Of a stretch of DNA of 64,000 nucleotides, positions 39,385-47,080 are shown one piece after another. How positions within the stretch are numbered: the stretch's first letter is position 1; every line of letters begins with the position of its first letter. Position numbers and translations under genes: made by a program. Below the pieces are notes generated by a model. The model did not search any database. It saw nothing but the letters and a program-made list of their open reading frames with translations, and was not told the DNA's origin. Source of the stretch: a virus; IMG/VR virus record IMGVR_UViG_3300031963_000102, positions 5,732 through 69,731 of that record; one strand, 5' to 3'.

Positions 39385-39413
39385 AGTATACCAAAACCGG
39401 CCTGCAAACACAA
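39385..39413 (-). promoter_or_regulatory. sigma70-like promoter TTGTGT-17-TATACT for the lipoprotein
   Basis: ATATTCC upstream element, TGG before the -10 box. Confidence 0.7.
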
Positions 39414-39428
39414 GGAATATTCTATCTG

Positions 39429-39641
39429 CTAGATTCCAGGCAGAACCTCATCGAACTCATTGTAATGCACCAACCACCAAGCCCTTCTGCCGGTTCCGTC
39501 CACGTAATGCAGCCATACTTTATCTATGTTCGGTCCATCGTCGTAAAACCCATCATGAGGAGGCTCTGTTGCAAGTAGGAACACAACCAAGCTTGTTTCC
39601 TTGTGCTGATAGAGTTTCCCTGGAACGAAAGAGTTAGCCAT
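39429..39641 (-). CDS. Small array family protein
   Basis: FVPGKLYQ...FDEV. Confidence 0.7.
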   Translation of the reverse strand: MANSFVPGKLYQHKETSLVVFLLATEPPHDGFYDDGPNIDKVWLHYVDGTGRRAWWLVHYNEFDEVLPGI

Positions 39642-39849
39642 CGAGTTTCTTCCAGTAATCGTTTCTCAGAATGTTGTCGAAGACATAGCCATCCTGGCTG
39701 AGAACCCGAATCCCAGTTTCGCAAGTGTAACCGTTATAGGGGCGGGTAACCTCAAGAACAAGTATTCTTATGAAAGGTATTTGGTGATGCACGTACAAGC
39801 ACCCAGGCTCGAACATGTCGATGATATAGCTTGACTTGCTGTTATTCAC
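39634..39849 (-). CDS. Small array family protein
   Basis: FEPGCLY...QDG..YWKKL. Confidence 0.65.
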   Translation of the reverse strand: MNNSKSSYIIDMFEPGCLYVHHQIPFIRILVLEVTRPYNGYTCETGIRVLSQDGYVFDNILRNDYWKKLDG

Positions 39850-40072
39850 TGCATTCTTCCCAGTTGTGTGCATAGGCGGTGTATTTGCTGACGTGGCCCA
39901 GATGGTCCATGACCCTCAGCGTGTACGCAACAGCTCCGAATTCAAGGCTGCCGCTCGTTGCAACGTGAGTGCTGAGCACTTCCAAAACAAAAAAGAAGTG
40001 CTGCGAAACAAACTCTCGTCTATAAAGCTTTCCCGCCTCAAACTTATCAGCTCGACGCTTTCTGTTATTCAC
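39842..40072 (-). CDS. Small array family protein
   Basis: FEAGKLYR...NWEECSE. Confidence 0.7.
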   Translation of the reverse strand: MNNRKRRADKFEAGKLYRREFVSQHFFFVLEVLSTHVATSGSLEFGAVAYTLRVMDHLGHVSKYTAYAHNWEECSE

Positions 40073-40283
40073 CGACTTCAACCCAGTCTTTCATGGCTAG
40101 CGCTCTGTAGAACATCCGTCCATCAGATGCTAGCACCTTCACTGTAGCACACCAATCTCCATTTCCCGCCCAGTATTCGTAATCGAACCCATAAACGTAG
40201 ATAATCTCGGTGTCCCATACGGGAGTGACACTCAGATACAGTTTTCCTGGAATGAACTTAGAGACTGGCTTGCCTTTACTCAC
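40065..40283 (-). CDS. Small array family protein
   Basis: FIPGKLY...DWVEVGE. Confidence 0.7.
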   Translation of the reverse strand: MSKGKPVSKFIPGKLYLSVTPVWDTEIIYVYGFDYEYWAGNGDWCATVKVLASDGRMFYRALAMKDWVEVGE

Positions 40284-40497
40284 TGCACTCCTCCCACTCT
40301 GCACAGTACACTGTCCATAGTTGTATGCGACCACTAGCATCCAACACTCGAATGGTTGTGTGCTGGTGGTGATGCCATTCTATCCCCAAGACCATGCCTA
40401 CAGAACGCTGTGGCAGTCTAGACCATGGACGAACGCACCTATACAACTTTCCTACTTGAAAAACCGGTGACTGTTGTTGTTTGCTGTTCGGGTCCAT
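40276..40497 (-). CDS. Small array family protein
   Basis: FQVGKLYR...EWEECSE. Confidence 0.7.
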   Translation of the reverse strand: MDPNSKQQQSPVFQVGKLYRCVRPWSRLPQRSVGMVLGIEWHHHQHTTIRVLDASGRIQLWTVYCAEWEECSE

Positions 40498-40499
40498 GA

Positions 40500-40559
40500 C
40501 TATGCCACTTCTATCCAACTTGATGGCCTGAAGAGCTTTCCTGGCTGGAGCTCTTCCAT
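40500..40559 (-). pseudogene. 19-aa internally deleted array member MEELQPGKLFRPSSWIEVA
   Basis: Only the N-motif and the C-terminal W-motif remain; TGATG-coupled to the upstream gene. Confidence 0.65.
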
Positions 40560-40756
40560 CACTCCACCAACATCCAGTCGCTATGTAAAACAGTTCCAGT
40601 GTGGAAAACACCATAGCAATCTATGCAACGTACAAGGGTTGTGAGCCGTCCGTCGCTCCGAAGACTGCTAACATGCGCAGAGAGAATGATAATAAGCTCA
40701 CCACCATCTGAGAGTTTCTTGTAGAGCTTTCCTGCCTCGAACTGTTCAACATTCAT
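40559..40756 (-). CDS. Small array family protein
   Basis: FEAGKLYK...DWMLVE. Confidence 0.7.
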   Translation of the reverse strand: MNVEQFEAGKLYKKLSDGGELIIILSAHVSSLRSDGRLTTLVRCIDCYGVFHTGTVLHSDWMLVE

Positions 40757-40974
40757 GACGTTTCCACAAGCTCCCAGTTGTGCAATGTCAAGTAAGACCA
40801 ACGGACAGTGCTATCTGGCAGGACTACCTGGGCCATCCAAACTGAGCTATCTTGATATGTTCGTGTGTCCACCGCCAAAACCATGTAGATGACATGACCC
40901 GTGTTCTTGTACACGTCATGGTTATCGATAACCAGTCTGTAAAGCTTTCCTACCTCAAACCGTTCAACGCTCAT
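40753..40974 (-). CDS. Small array family protein
   Basis: FEVGKLYR...NWELVE. Confidence 0.7.
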   Translation of the reverse strand: MSVERFEVGKLYRLVIDNHDVYKNTGHVIYMVLAVDTRTYQDSSVWMAQVVLPDSTVRWSYLTLHNWELVETS

Positions 40975-41183
40975 TTTGCTACTCTCCAGTGCATCCTGTC
41001 GAAGTAAGCTTCCTCCACTGTGCCATCCTCCCAGAGAACTCGACAGAGCCAATATGTTCTGGTTCCATCGTTGTAACTTGACAACGCCTCCAGAAGCACA
41101 AACAGCCCGGTCCTGTAACCTCCCCTAACAGTTGGTTCAGACTTGTATGCGCTCCCAACCTTGAAAGGGCACGACTTGCTCAT
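40971..41183 (-). CDS. Small array family protein
   Basis: FKVGSAYK...WEDG..HW. Confidence 0.7.
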   Translation of the reverse strand: MSKSCPFKVGSAYKSEPTVRGGYRTGLFVLLEALSSYNDGTRTYWLCRVLWEDGTVEEAYFDRMHWRVAK

Positions 41184-41371
41184 TCCAGTGCCATCCAATA
41201 AGGTGCCATCATATACCGGCGCTGCACAACACACTCCTCATCCAGAAGGTGACAGTCCCACGCTACACCTAAGCCGAACTCGATGTAGTTCGTGTTCACA
41301 GACAACACCAAAACAACTTGTTTGTTGTTTGTGTACAGTTTTCCCTCTTCGAAAGGGCACTCGACACTCAT
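41180..41371 (-). CDS. Small array family protein
   Basis: FEEGKLY...YWMALE. Confidence 0.7.
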   Translation of the reverse strand: MSVECPFEEGKLYTNNKQVVLVLSVNTNYIEFGLGVAWDCHLLDEECVVQRRYMMAPYWMALE

Positions 41372-41559
41372 GATAGTTTCTCAAAGGCAGCTTTTCGGAG
41401 TGCCCAGTTCTTCACTTCGCCATCTTGATGCAGAAACACCACAGCGCTGTGAGTTTCGTCATTTTCATAGTCGTGTTCCTGAATCTCCAGAACGAACACA
41501 ACAGCTCCGTTGTAGATGGAACGATACGCTTGCCCGACTTCGAACTTTTCAACTGCCAC
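41368..41559 (-). CDS. Small array family protein
   Basis: FEVGQAYR...HQDG. Confidence 0.65.
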   Translation of the reverse strand: MAVEKFEVGQAYRSIYNGAVVFVLEIQEHDYENDETHSAVVFLHQDGEVKNWALRKAAFEKLS

Positions 41560-41740
41560 TGACAATCTCCCAGCGGTCTGAAACAATTCCTATCGTGTGA
41601 ACTTCAGCATCCGGGTATATCACGACGCATGTACGCCCTGATATGGCCCCGTCAAACACATATGATTGGTGGTGTATCTTCAACAACACAACTGTGAGCC
41701 CCGGCACAGCCTTGCACCGCAAAAGGTCTCCTGGCTTCAT
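41549..41740 (-). CDS. Small array family protein
   Basis: MKPGDLLR...RWEIV. Confidence 0.7.
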   Translation of the reverse strand: MKPGDLLRCKAVPGLTVVLLKIHHQSYVFDGAISGRTCVVIYPDAEVHTIGIVSDRWEIVSGS

Positions 41741-42060
41741 GTTGGTTCACAACGCACCCAACGAGCGTTTCGAAGAATCATGGATTTAGGCTTGTTGGTT
41801 GCCATGTCGTCAACATCGCAAGCAATCACTTCTGTGACTTGCTTATAGCCATACTTGTCGTGAGATGGCACGGTTTCGTATAGGTCGTAGTAGCCGTTGT
41901 TGCCACCGCCGTCCCACCTACTATACTTGACCGACGAGCGTAGGTCGTGGTTTGTTGCCTTCACTTCCACAACGAAGATGATGGTACCAGCCAGTATGTT
42001 TCTGGTTTCGCTGGCAACACAGCGATAGATTTTTCCAGCTTCAAACTCAGTGTACATCAT
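41737..42060 (-). CDS. Small array family protein with insertion
   Basis: FEAGKIYR...RWVR. Confidence 0.65.
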   Translation of the reverse strand: MMYTEFEAGKIYRCVASETRNILAGTIIFVVEVKATNHDLRSSVKYSRWDGGGNNGYYDLYETVPSHDKYGYKQVTEVIACDVDDMATNKPKSMILRNARWVRCEPT

Positions 42061-42072
42061 AGTGTCATGCCG

Positions 42073-42165
42073 TCAGTAGTTGCAGTACAAGAACAACAGG
42101 GTTTCGATTCTGACTCTCTTGGCTTTTCTGTACTTGTAGCGTTCGAGTGCTCTTCTGGATGTCAC
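42073..42165 (-). CDS. Possible 30-aa basic peptide
   Basis: GTGA-coupled to the amidoligase stop; fills the gap; MTSRRALERYKYRKAKRVRIETLLFLYCNY. Confidence 0.35.
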   Translation of the reverse strand: MTSRRALERYKYRKAKRVRIETLLFLYCNY

Positions 42166-43205
42166 GGGTTCAACTCCTGGATACGTTCTGCATAGAACGA
42201 TTGAAGGGGTTCAGAGATTCCTCTCCACATGCTGTCTTTCGGCATCAAGGTTTGTCCTGGCTGCCCGATGTTGTCAACGTCGATATGCTGCCCTCTTCTT
42301 GCACGCTTTCCAACCATGAGCACAGGGGCGCAAGGCTTGGCGTTGGAAAGCGCCCGCAAGTGCTTCAACACCGTTGACTCGGCGAGTTGGCAGCGCTCCG
42401 CACACAACCGCACGTTGATGATGGCCATGAGCGGCTGCTCGTTGATGTAGTTGATGACCCCAGCCATTCCGGGCGTTGCACGAAGAGAAGGCTTCACCTT
42501 CTTGTGCTTCTTGGGCTGCTTGACTTTCGAAGCTTCCACGAACTGAGTCACGAACAGAACCCAGTTGATGATGGTCTGGGAGTTGATGGTGCCTTGGTGC
42601 TGGCGAAACTCGATGGTCCCGTGTGTGTGCAGGGATTGCAAGTTCACCTTGAAGTATCGGTAATTGTCGGCGCTGTATGACGAACGCCTTGGGATAAGCT
42701 CTTCTTTGGTCTCGGCTTCCGGATTCCAGATAAGCGTGCCGAGCGCTTGACAGAACTCGTTTACGTCACCCCTTCTGTTGGGTGTGAACATCTTGTCGAT
42801 CTTGTCTTCGAACTCTTCGTAACGGCGGAAAACTCTCTTCACGTCTTCAACCGTGAGTTCGCTGGCATCCACATGCACATGGAAACCACAGGTAGGGTTC
42901 ACCCTGCATCCAAGGGCCTGCAAGGCGAGAGCAATCCTACGAACGGTCTTGATGTCTTCAGGGTTGGTAGTGTCCAGAATGGGGGACACAAGCTCGTAGT
43001 CATAGAACTGGTCAGACACGTAGTCGGTTGGGTCAGCATCGGGCTCATAGTTGATTGAGCCGTCTTCGGTAAGCCTCCAATAAGGCTTAGCCTTGCACTT
43101 GGGCTCGCCAGGACGAACATCGAAGCCTTGCGCCTTCAATGCGTTGCATAGCTGTGCGTTATGCAGCCTGTCCGAGTAGAACTCCAGTTCGATGCCGAAT
43201 CTCAT
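42162..43205 (-). CDS. Putative amidoligase (COOH-NH2 ligase, Amidoligase_2-like)
   Basis: FGIELEF, EDGSI, ELVSPIL, TCGFHVHV, RYFKVN, GTIEFRQHQGT; start set at ATG 43205 from the promoter position. Confidence 0.85.
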   Translation of the reverse strand: MRFGIELEFYSDRLHNAQLCNALKAQGFDVRPGEPKCKAKPYWRLTEDGSINYEPDADPTDYVSDQFYDYELVSPILDTTNPEDIKTVRRIALALQALGCRVNPTCGFHVHVDASELTVEDVKRVFRRYEEFEDKIDKMFTPNRRGDVNEFCQALGTLIWNPEAETKEELIPRRSSYSADNYRYFKVNLQSLHTHGTIEFRQHQGTINSQTIINWVLFVTQFVEASKVKQPKKHKKVKPSLRATPGMAGVINYINEQPLMAIINVRLCAERCQLAESTVLKHLRALSNAKPCAPVLMVGKRARRGQHIDVDNIGQPGQTLMPKDSMWRGISEPLQSFYAERIQELNP

Positions 43206-43211
43206 GCAACC

Positions 43212-43240
43212 AGTATACCATCGCAGCTCAGCAATTTCAA
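43212..43240 (-). promoter_or_regulatory. sigma70-like leaderless promoter TTGAAA-17-TATACT-6-ATG
   Basis: GAATAACCG upstream, TGG before the -10 box. Confidence 0.8.
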
Positions 43241-43263
43241 CGGTTATTCCGTGTGCAAGAACC

Positions 43264-43539
43264 CTATGGATTATCGCAGGGGTCAGCACTAACAGGCTTG
43301 AGGATGCACTCAACGTTCTCCCAGTCCCATACATCCAAGTAACCAATGAACGCATTCGCCGTCAACAGCCTCACGGTGCTATAACGGATGCCCGTTTCAA
43401 CAACAACGTGCTCTAGAAGAAGCACTTGTTCTCCAACGCCAACCCACACTCTACACTCGTCCAAGACGTTCCCGCTGGTTCTGTACAGGCTTATACCTTG
43501 GGTTGTTTCACACAGTGTGCCGCTGGATATCATGAGCAT
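43264..43539 (-). CDS. SH3b-like small family protein
   Basis: GEQVLLLE...VRLLTANAFIGYL..W; ATG 6 nt after TATAAC. Confidence 0.55.
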   Translation of the reverse strand: MLMISSGTLCETTQGISLYRTSGNVLDECRVWVGVGEQVLLLEHVVVETGIRYSTVRLLTANAFIGYLDVWDWENVECILKPVSADPCDNP

Positions 43540-43543
43540 TTGA

Positions 43544-43575
43544 TAGTTATACAGCATGGCTGTTCCCAACGTCAA
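43544..43575. promoter_or_regulatory. Overlapping divergent promoters: late-type TAGTTAT (+) and TTGACG-18-TATAAC (-)
   Basis: Only 16 bp separate the divergent ATGs at 43539 and 43556. Confidence 0.5.
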
Positions 43576-44038
43576 AACCACAGTAAAAAGCATTGGCGTT
43601 GTAGAAGCGCCGGACAACGAAAACGAATCCCCAACGCTGTTCGTTGTCGAGGTTGGGTCAAGGTTCGAGAACGCTGCAACGTTCAATGGTGTGTCAACCT
43701 TCAACGGCAACGCAACGTTCAATGCTGCTTCAGTGTTCAGTGGGAGCATCAACGGTCGGTTGAGTCCTGTGTTCTTGACAGGGAGTTATAGCATCCCTTC
43801 GGGTTCCGTCAACAACTACGTGTACTTCGTGTCAGCTTCAAGCACCACAACAATAACACTGAGTTCTGGCAGTCATGGAGACCACTGCTATATCAAGAGG
43901 ATTGATGGCAGCGGGAACACGTTGACGCTTTCTGGTGCTGCAGGGTACTTGATTGACAGGCAGACAACGCAACCAATAAACACAGAGAACACCAGCGTTC
44001 ATGTGTCGTTCTTCGCTGGAGGATGGTGGATCATATGA
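43556..44038 (+). CDS. Putative tail-fibre-associated virion protein
   Basis: TFNG repeats x3; TITL...YIKRIDGSGNTLTL...IDR...W.II domain common in phage fibres. Confidence 0.6.
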   Translation: MAVPNVKTTVKSIGVVEAPDNENESPTLFVVEVGSRFENAATFNGVSTFNGNATFNAASVFSGSINGRLSPVFLTGSYSIPSGSVNNYVYFVSASSTTTITLSSGSHGDHCYIKRIDGSGNTLTLSGAAGYLIDRQTTQPINTENTSVHVSFFAGGWWII

Positions 44039-46026
44039 CGTACATAGCAAATAAAGTGGGTCCAACCGAAGCTTCGGCATCCCTGTCGGTTATCGGCACA
44101 ATCAAGTTCGACACAGGGAACACCAACACTGGCTCACTCACGGCCAACACAGCATGGACAGGCAGCTGGACAGACACAGCGGGATACGCACAGATTGTCA
44201 CGTCCTTCAAGGCCGATCAAGTTGGTAAGTTCAGGATGCAGTTCTCCACAGACTCCAGCACTGTTGACCGTGATATTGGACCATATGTGCTGGCGGCAAA
44301 TACTGACTCTCCACAGCCGCTTGTTCCCATCCGAAGGTACTACCGGGCCTTGTTCGAGAACAGCTCTAGTAATGCCTCCACGCTCCGTATAGAGACTGTT
44401 CTGAGACACACTCCAGGCTTGTTCCAGACAAGGGTCACAGACACGGTAACCAACCTAAGCACAACCACGCTCAACCGTTCTGTGCTGTTCGGTTCAGAAG
44501 ACAATGGTGTGACGTACAACAACGTGGGTGTTGATGAAGACAAGCACCTGCGCATAGCCATACCAGAGACAGCCTTCAATGAGATGTTGGTTGGAAGTCT
44601 AACGCCCGTTATTCAGATAGCAGCTCCATATGGACTGTTGTCAACAGATGTTGAGACATTCACTTCAGGCAGCAGCTCAACAGCCACAGCCAGCGGAAGC
44701 ATGTTCAACTGCACGGTGGGAACCGGTGTTGGAGACTACTCTGTTATTCGTTCGAAGAGACTGTTGTCGTACAAGGCCGGGAATGGTATTCGTGGAAGAC
44801 TAACCGCCATGTTTCCTTCTGGTCCTGTTGCCAACTCTCTTCAAGCTGCAGGTATGTTCACCAACCTTGACGGGTTGTTCTTCGGGTATAACGGCGACGG
44901 TTTTGGTATCACAAGGCGTATTGCTGGTGCTTGCAAGATTGTCCGTCTGACGCTTACAAACGGGGCAACAGCGAGCGAGACACTCACCGTCAAGCTCAAT
45001 GACATCAACTACTCAGTGGCCGTTGTGTCGGGTACCTCGGGCTCTGTAGCTAATCAAATAGCTGCTTCGTCTTCTGTGTTCACAGCATGGAGCGGTTCAA
45101 ATGGTCCAACCTCGAACCTTGCTTCGCTAACCTTCGTGCAAGCAACACCAGCACAAGCTACAGGTGTGTTCTCAATAACCTCAACGGGAACAACAACTGG
45201 CTCTTTCACTGTGCTATCAGAGGGAGCGGCCAACAACAACACCAGCGGCTATGTCTCGCAGAGCTCTTGGAACGTTGACAGGATGGACGGAACATACACG
45301 GCATACAACCCTTCAGGTATGTTGCTTGACCCAACCAAGCTGAACATATATGAAATCGTGTACCCCTACCTCGGAGCAGGAACTATCCAGTTCCGTATCA
45401 TGACGAACAGCGGAAGCTTCACAACCGTTCACAAGATCGAATATCCCAACAACAACACAATCCCTTCTCAACAGAACCCATGCTTCAGGTTGGGTTGGTT
45501 CGCTGCTTCACTCGGAAGCACAACAGCCATGACTGTCAAGGGCGCAAGTGCTGGTGGGTTCATTGAAGGTGAAGAGAAGAGCCTTCGCAACCCATATGCC
45601 ATTGACACTACCTTTACAGCAACGACCTCAGAGCAAGTAGCACTGGCCATACGTGTTCGTTCGGAATTCCAGGGCAAAAACTGTCTTCGTGAAGTCCTTG
45701 GTTCTCTGTTGTCGTGCGCAACGGAAACGGCCAACAGAGTCGTTCGTGTGAGGATCTACAGCAACCCATCTCTTGCTGGTTCTCCTGTGTGGCAGTACGT
45801 TGACCAAAACAACAGCTGTGTGGAGTATGCCTCAACTGCAGGCGTAACCATCGCAGCTGGAAGTAGAATCCTTGCAAGCATCTCTGTTCCTTCAGGAGCT
45901 CCTGGCTCTATTGACCTTGAGAAGCTCGACATGAGAGTACCACCAGGACAACTGATGGTCATATCCGTGCAGGCTGCCTCTAACACGGCTGTGTGCGTAA
46001 TATCGAAGAACTGGGTTGAGCTGTAA
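44035..46026 (+). CDS. Putative virion/tail protein
   Basis: ATGA-coupled; S/T-rich beta protein; GLFFGY...QSSWNVDRMDG...YLGAG. Confidence 0.55.
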   Translation: MTYIANKVGPTEASASLSVIGTIKFDTGNTNTGSLTANTAWTGSWTDTAGYAQIVTSFKADQVGKFRMQFSTDSSTVDRDIGPYVLAANTDSPQPLVPIRRYYRALFENSSSNASTLRIETVLRHTPGLFQTRVTDTVTNLSTTTLNRSVLFGSEDNGVTYNNVGVDEDKHLRIAIPETAFNEMLVGSLTPVIQIAAPYGLLSTDVETFTSGSSSTATASGSMFNCTVGTGVGDYSVIRSKRLLSYKAGNGIRGRLTAMFPSGPVANSLQAAGMFTNLDGLFFGYNGDGFGITRRIAGACKIVRLTLTNGATASETLTVKLNDINYSVAVVSGTSGSVANQIAASSSVFTAWSGSNGPTSNLASLTFVQATPAQATGVFSITSTGTTTGSFTVLSEGAANNNTSGYVSQSSWNVDRMDGTYTAYNPSGMLLDPTKLNIYEIVYPYLGAGTIQFRIMTNSGSFTTVHKIEYPNNNTIPSQQNPCFRLGWFAASLGSTTAMTVKGASAGGFIEGEEKSLRNPYAIDTTFTATTSEQVALAIRVRSEFQGKNCLREVLGSLLSCATETANRVVRVRIYSNPSLAGSPVWQYVDQNNSCVEYASTAGVTIAAGSRILASISVPSGAPGSIDLEKLDMRVPPGQLMVISVQAASNTAVCVISKNWVEL

Positions 46027-46059
46027 TAGGCACCCTTGTTGGTTCATCCTGGGAATCTG

Positions 46060-46086
46060 CTAGCCAGTGGAACATTACCAGAGAGG
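46060..46086 (-). repeat. 27-bp inverted repeat, right copy
   Basis: CTAGCCAGTGGAACATTACCAGAGAGG = reverse complement of 20252-20278. Confidence 0.95.
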
Positions 46087-46141
46087 GGTTTGCTGAGGGG
46101 TTGGGGTAAGGTAATATAAGAGCACTCATAGCGCATATACC

Positions 46142-46170
46142 TTGATTATAGAGGGAAGGTATGGTAGAGT
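46142..46170 (+). promoter_or_regulatory. sigma70-like leaderless promoter TTGATT-17-TAGAGT-6-ATG
   Basis: TGG before the -10 box; ATG at 46177. Confidence 0.6.
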
Positions 46171-46176
46171 TGCTCT

Positions 46177-46584
46177 ATGAGTTCAACGTCAAGCACAGAA
46201 CAGCATGAATCATCAGGAGGCATCTCCATGCAATCGGATGAAAGCCTACAAGAGATTATGAAGAGGTATCGGTCTTTACACGGGAAGCTGTATGACCTTA
46301 CGGGTAGGAAGCTGGTATACCTTTACCAAAGCCAAGGCAACTCTCTGTCAAGTACGTACCATGGAACATATCCAATCGCCGGAGCATACGGCGAGGGACT
46401 TGTTGTGCTTGTGCGTACCGAGTTGGTTTCTGTTACTACTGGAGGCTACGTTGTTGGGATGGTCTTCCTGGACTCGAACGGACATCTAACACATTCGTTT
46501 ATAGTACCCCACTCTTCGTATCTGCTTGACAAGCTTGAAGTGTGCGTTCATGGGGAAGCACTAGAATCATGCATGATATCATGA
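46177..46584 (+). CDS. Hypothetical protein (possible distant array member)
   Basis: HGKLY...LVVLV...FLDSNG. Confidence 0.5.
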   Translation: MSSTSSTEQHESSGGISMQSDESLQEIMKRYRSLHGKLYDLTGRKLVYLYQSQGNSLSSTYHGTYPIAGAYGEGLVVLVRTELVSVTTGGYVVGMVFLDSNGHLTHSFIVPHSSYLLDKLEVCVHGEALESCMIS

Positions 46585-46943
46585 CGGCTGGAGCAGAAAC
46601 GATACCTCTTGGTTGGAAGGGGTCTTATTACGCCAACATTCAGAAGTATGTTGTGGGACAGCCTGTGAGGTTGGAAGTATGCAGTGCGTACAAGGCCCAT
46701 GAGTGTTTGTTGCATGCTCTCGCATGGAGAACGGAGGTACTGCATCTGACCCGTGCTCACGGGCGCTATCTCTTGTTGAATGCTGGAGTGTACTTGGTTG
46801 TGGACGTTCATCCTGTGGAGAAACTAACCAGTGATGATGGGATGTACCGAGTGACGTTGCTGAGCGGTTCTGGGGAATTGTATTACCGGTTCATGACCGG
46901 CTGGGAGTTGAACGTTTCGAACGTTGTGAAAGATAATCCTTGA
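46581..46943 (+). CDS. Hypothetical protein (possible distant array member)
   Basis: ATGA-coupled; YVVGQ...YLVV...LLSGSG. Confidence 0.5.
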   Translation: MTAGAETIPLGWKGSYYANIQKYVVGQPVRLEVCSAYKAHECLLHALAWRTEVLHLTRAHGRYLLLNAGVYLVVDVHPVEKLTSDDGMYRVTLLSGSGELYYRFMTGWELNVSNVVKDNP

Positions 46944-46968
46944 CTTCAGGATATTCCAGCGGTAAAAC
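46940..46968 (+). promoter_or_regulatory. sigma70-like promoter TTGACT-17-TAAAAC-6-ATG
   Basis: ATAATCC upstream element; ATG at 46975. Confidence 0.55.
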
Positions 46969-46974
46969 ATATCC

Positions 46975-47067
46975 ATGGCACTGATACCTTTGATGATTCT
47001 GGTGTTCTGCACGATCATTCTGGTTCGGAAGGATCTTGCCGTTGAACCTTTCTACACCCGCCACTAG
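46975..47067 (+). CDS. 30-aa single-TM membrane peptide
   Basis: MALIPLMILVFCTIILVRKDLAVEPFYTRH; directly after a promoter. Confidence 0.5.
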   Translation: MALIPLMILVFCTIILVRKDLAVEPFYTRH

Positions 47068-47080
47068 GAGACACTCTCAC

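Larger units (their letters stand above)
31912..42060 (-). repeat. Left tandem array of ~42 small SH3/Tudor-like paralogous genes
   Basis: Repeated F-x-[PV]-G-[KR]-L-Y N-motif, hydrophobic strand, xxG turn and W-[EK]-[EK]-[VL] end; mostly overlapping stop/start codons. Confidence 0.9.

Noticed and set aside
38583-39637. Plus-strand ORFs of 170-180 aa opposite the lipoprotein, and similar antisense ORFs elsewhere (e.g. 56295-57071)
   Set aside because: Shadow frames of real genes, with no motifs or expression signals.
31912-42060. CRISPR array or integron cassette array as the explanation for the ~200-bp periodicity
   Set aside because: The recurring signal is protein-level with variable codons. 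Genes overlap and leave no room for attC sites or repeats, and no cas or intI gene is in the window.
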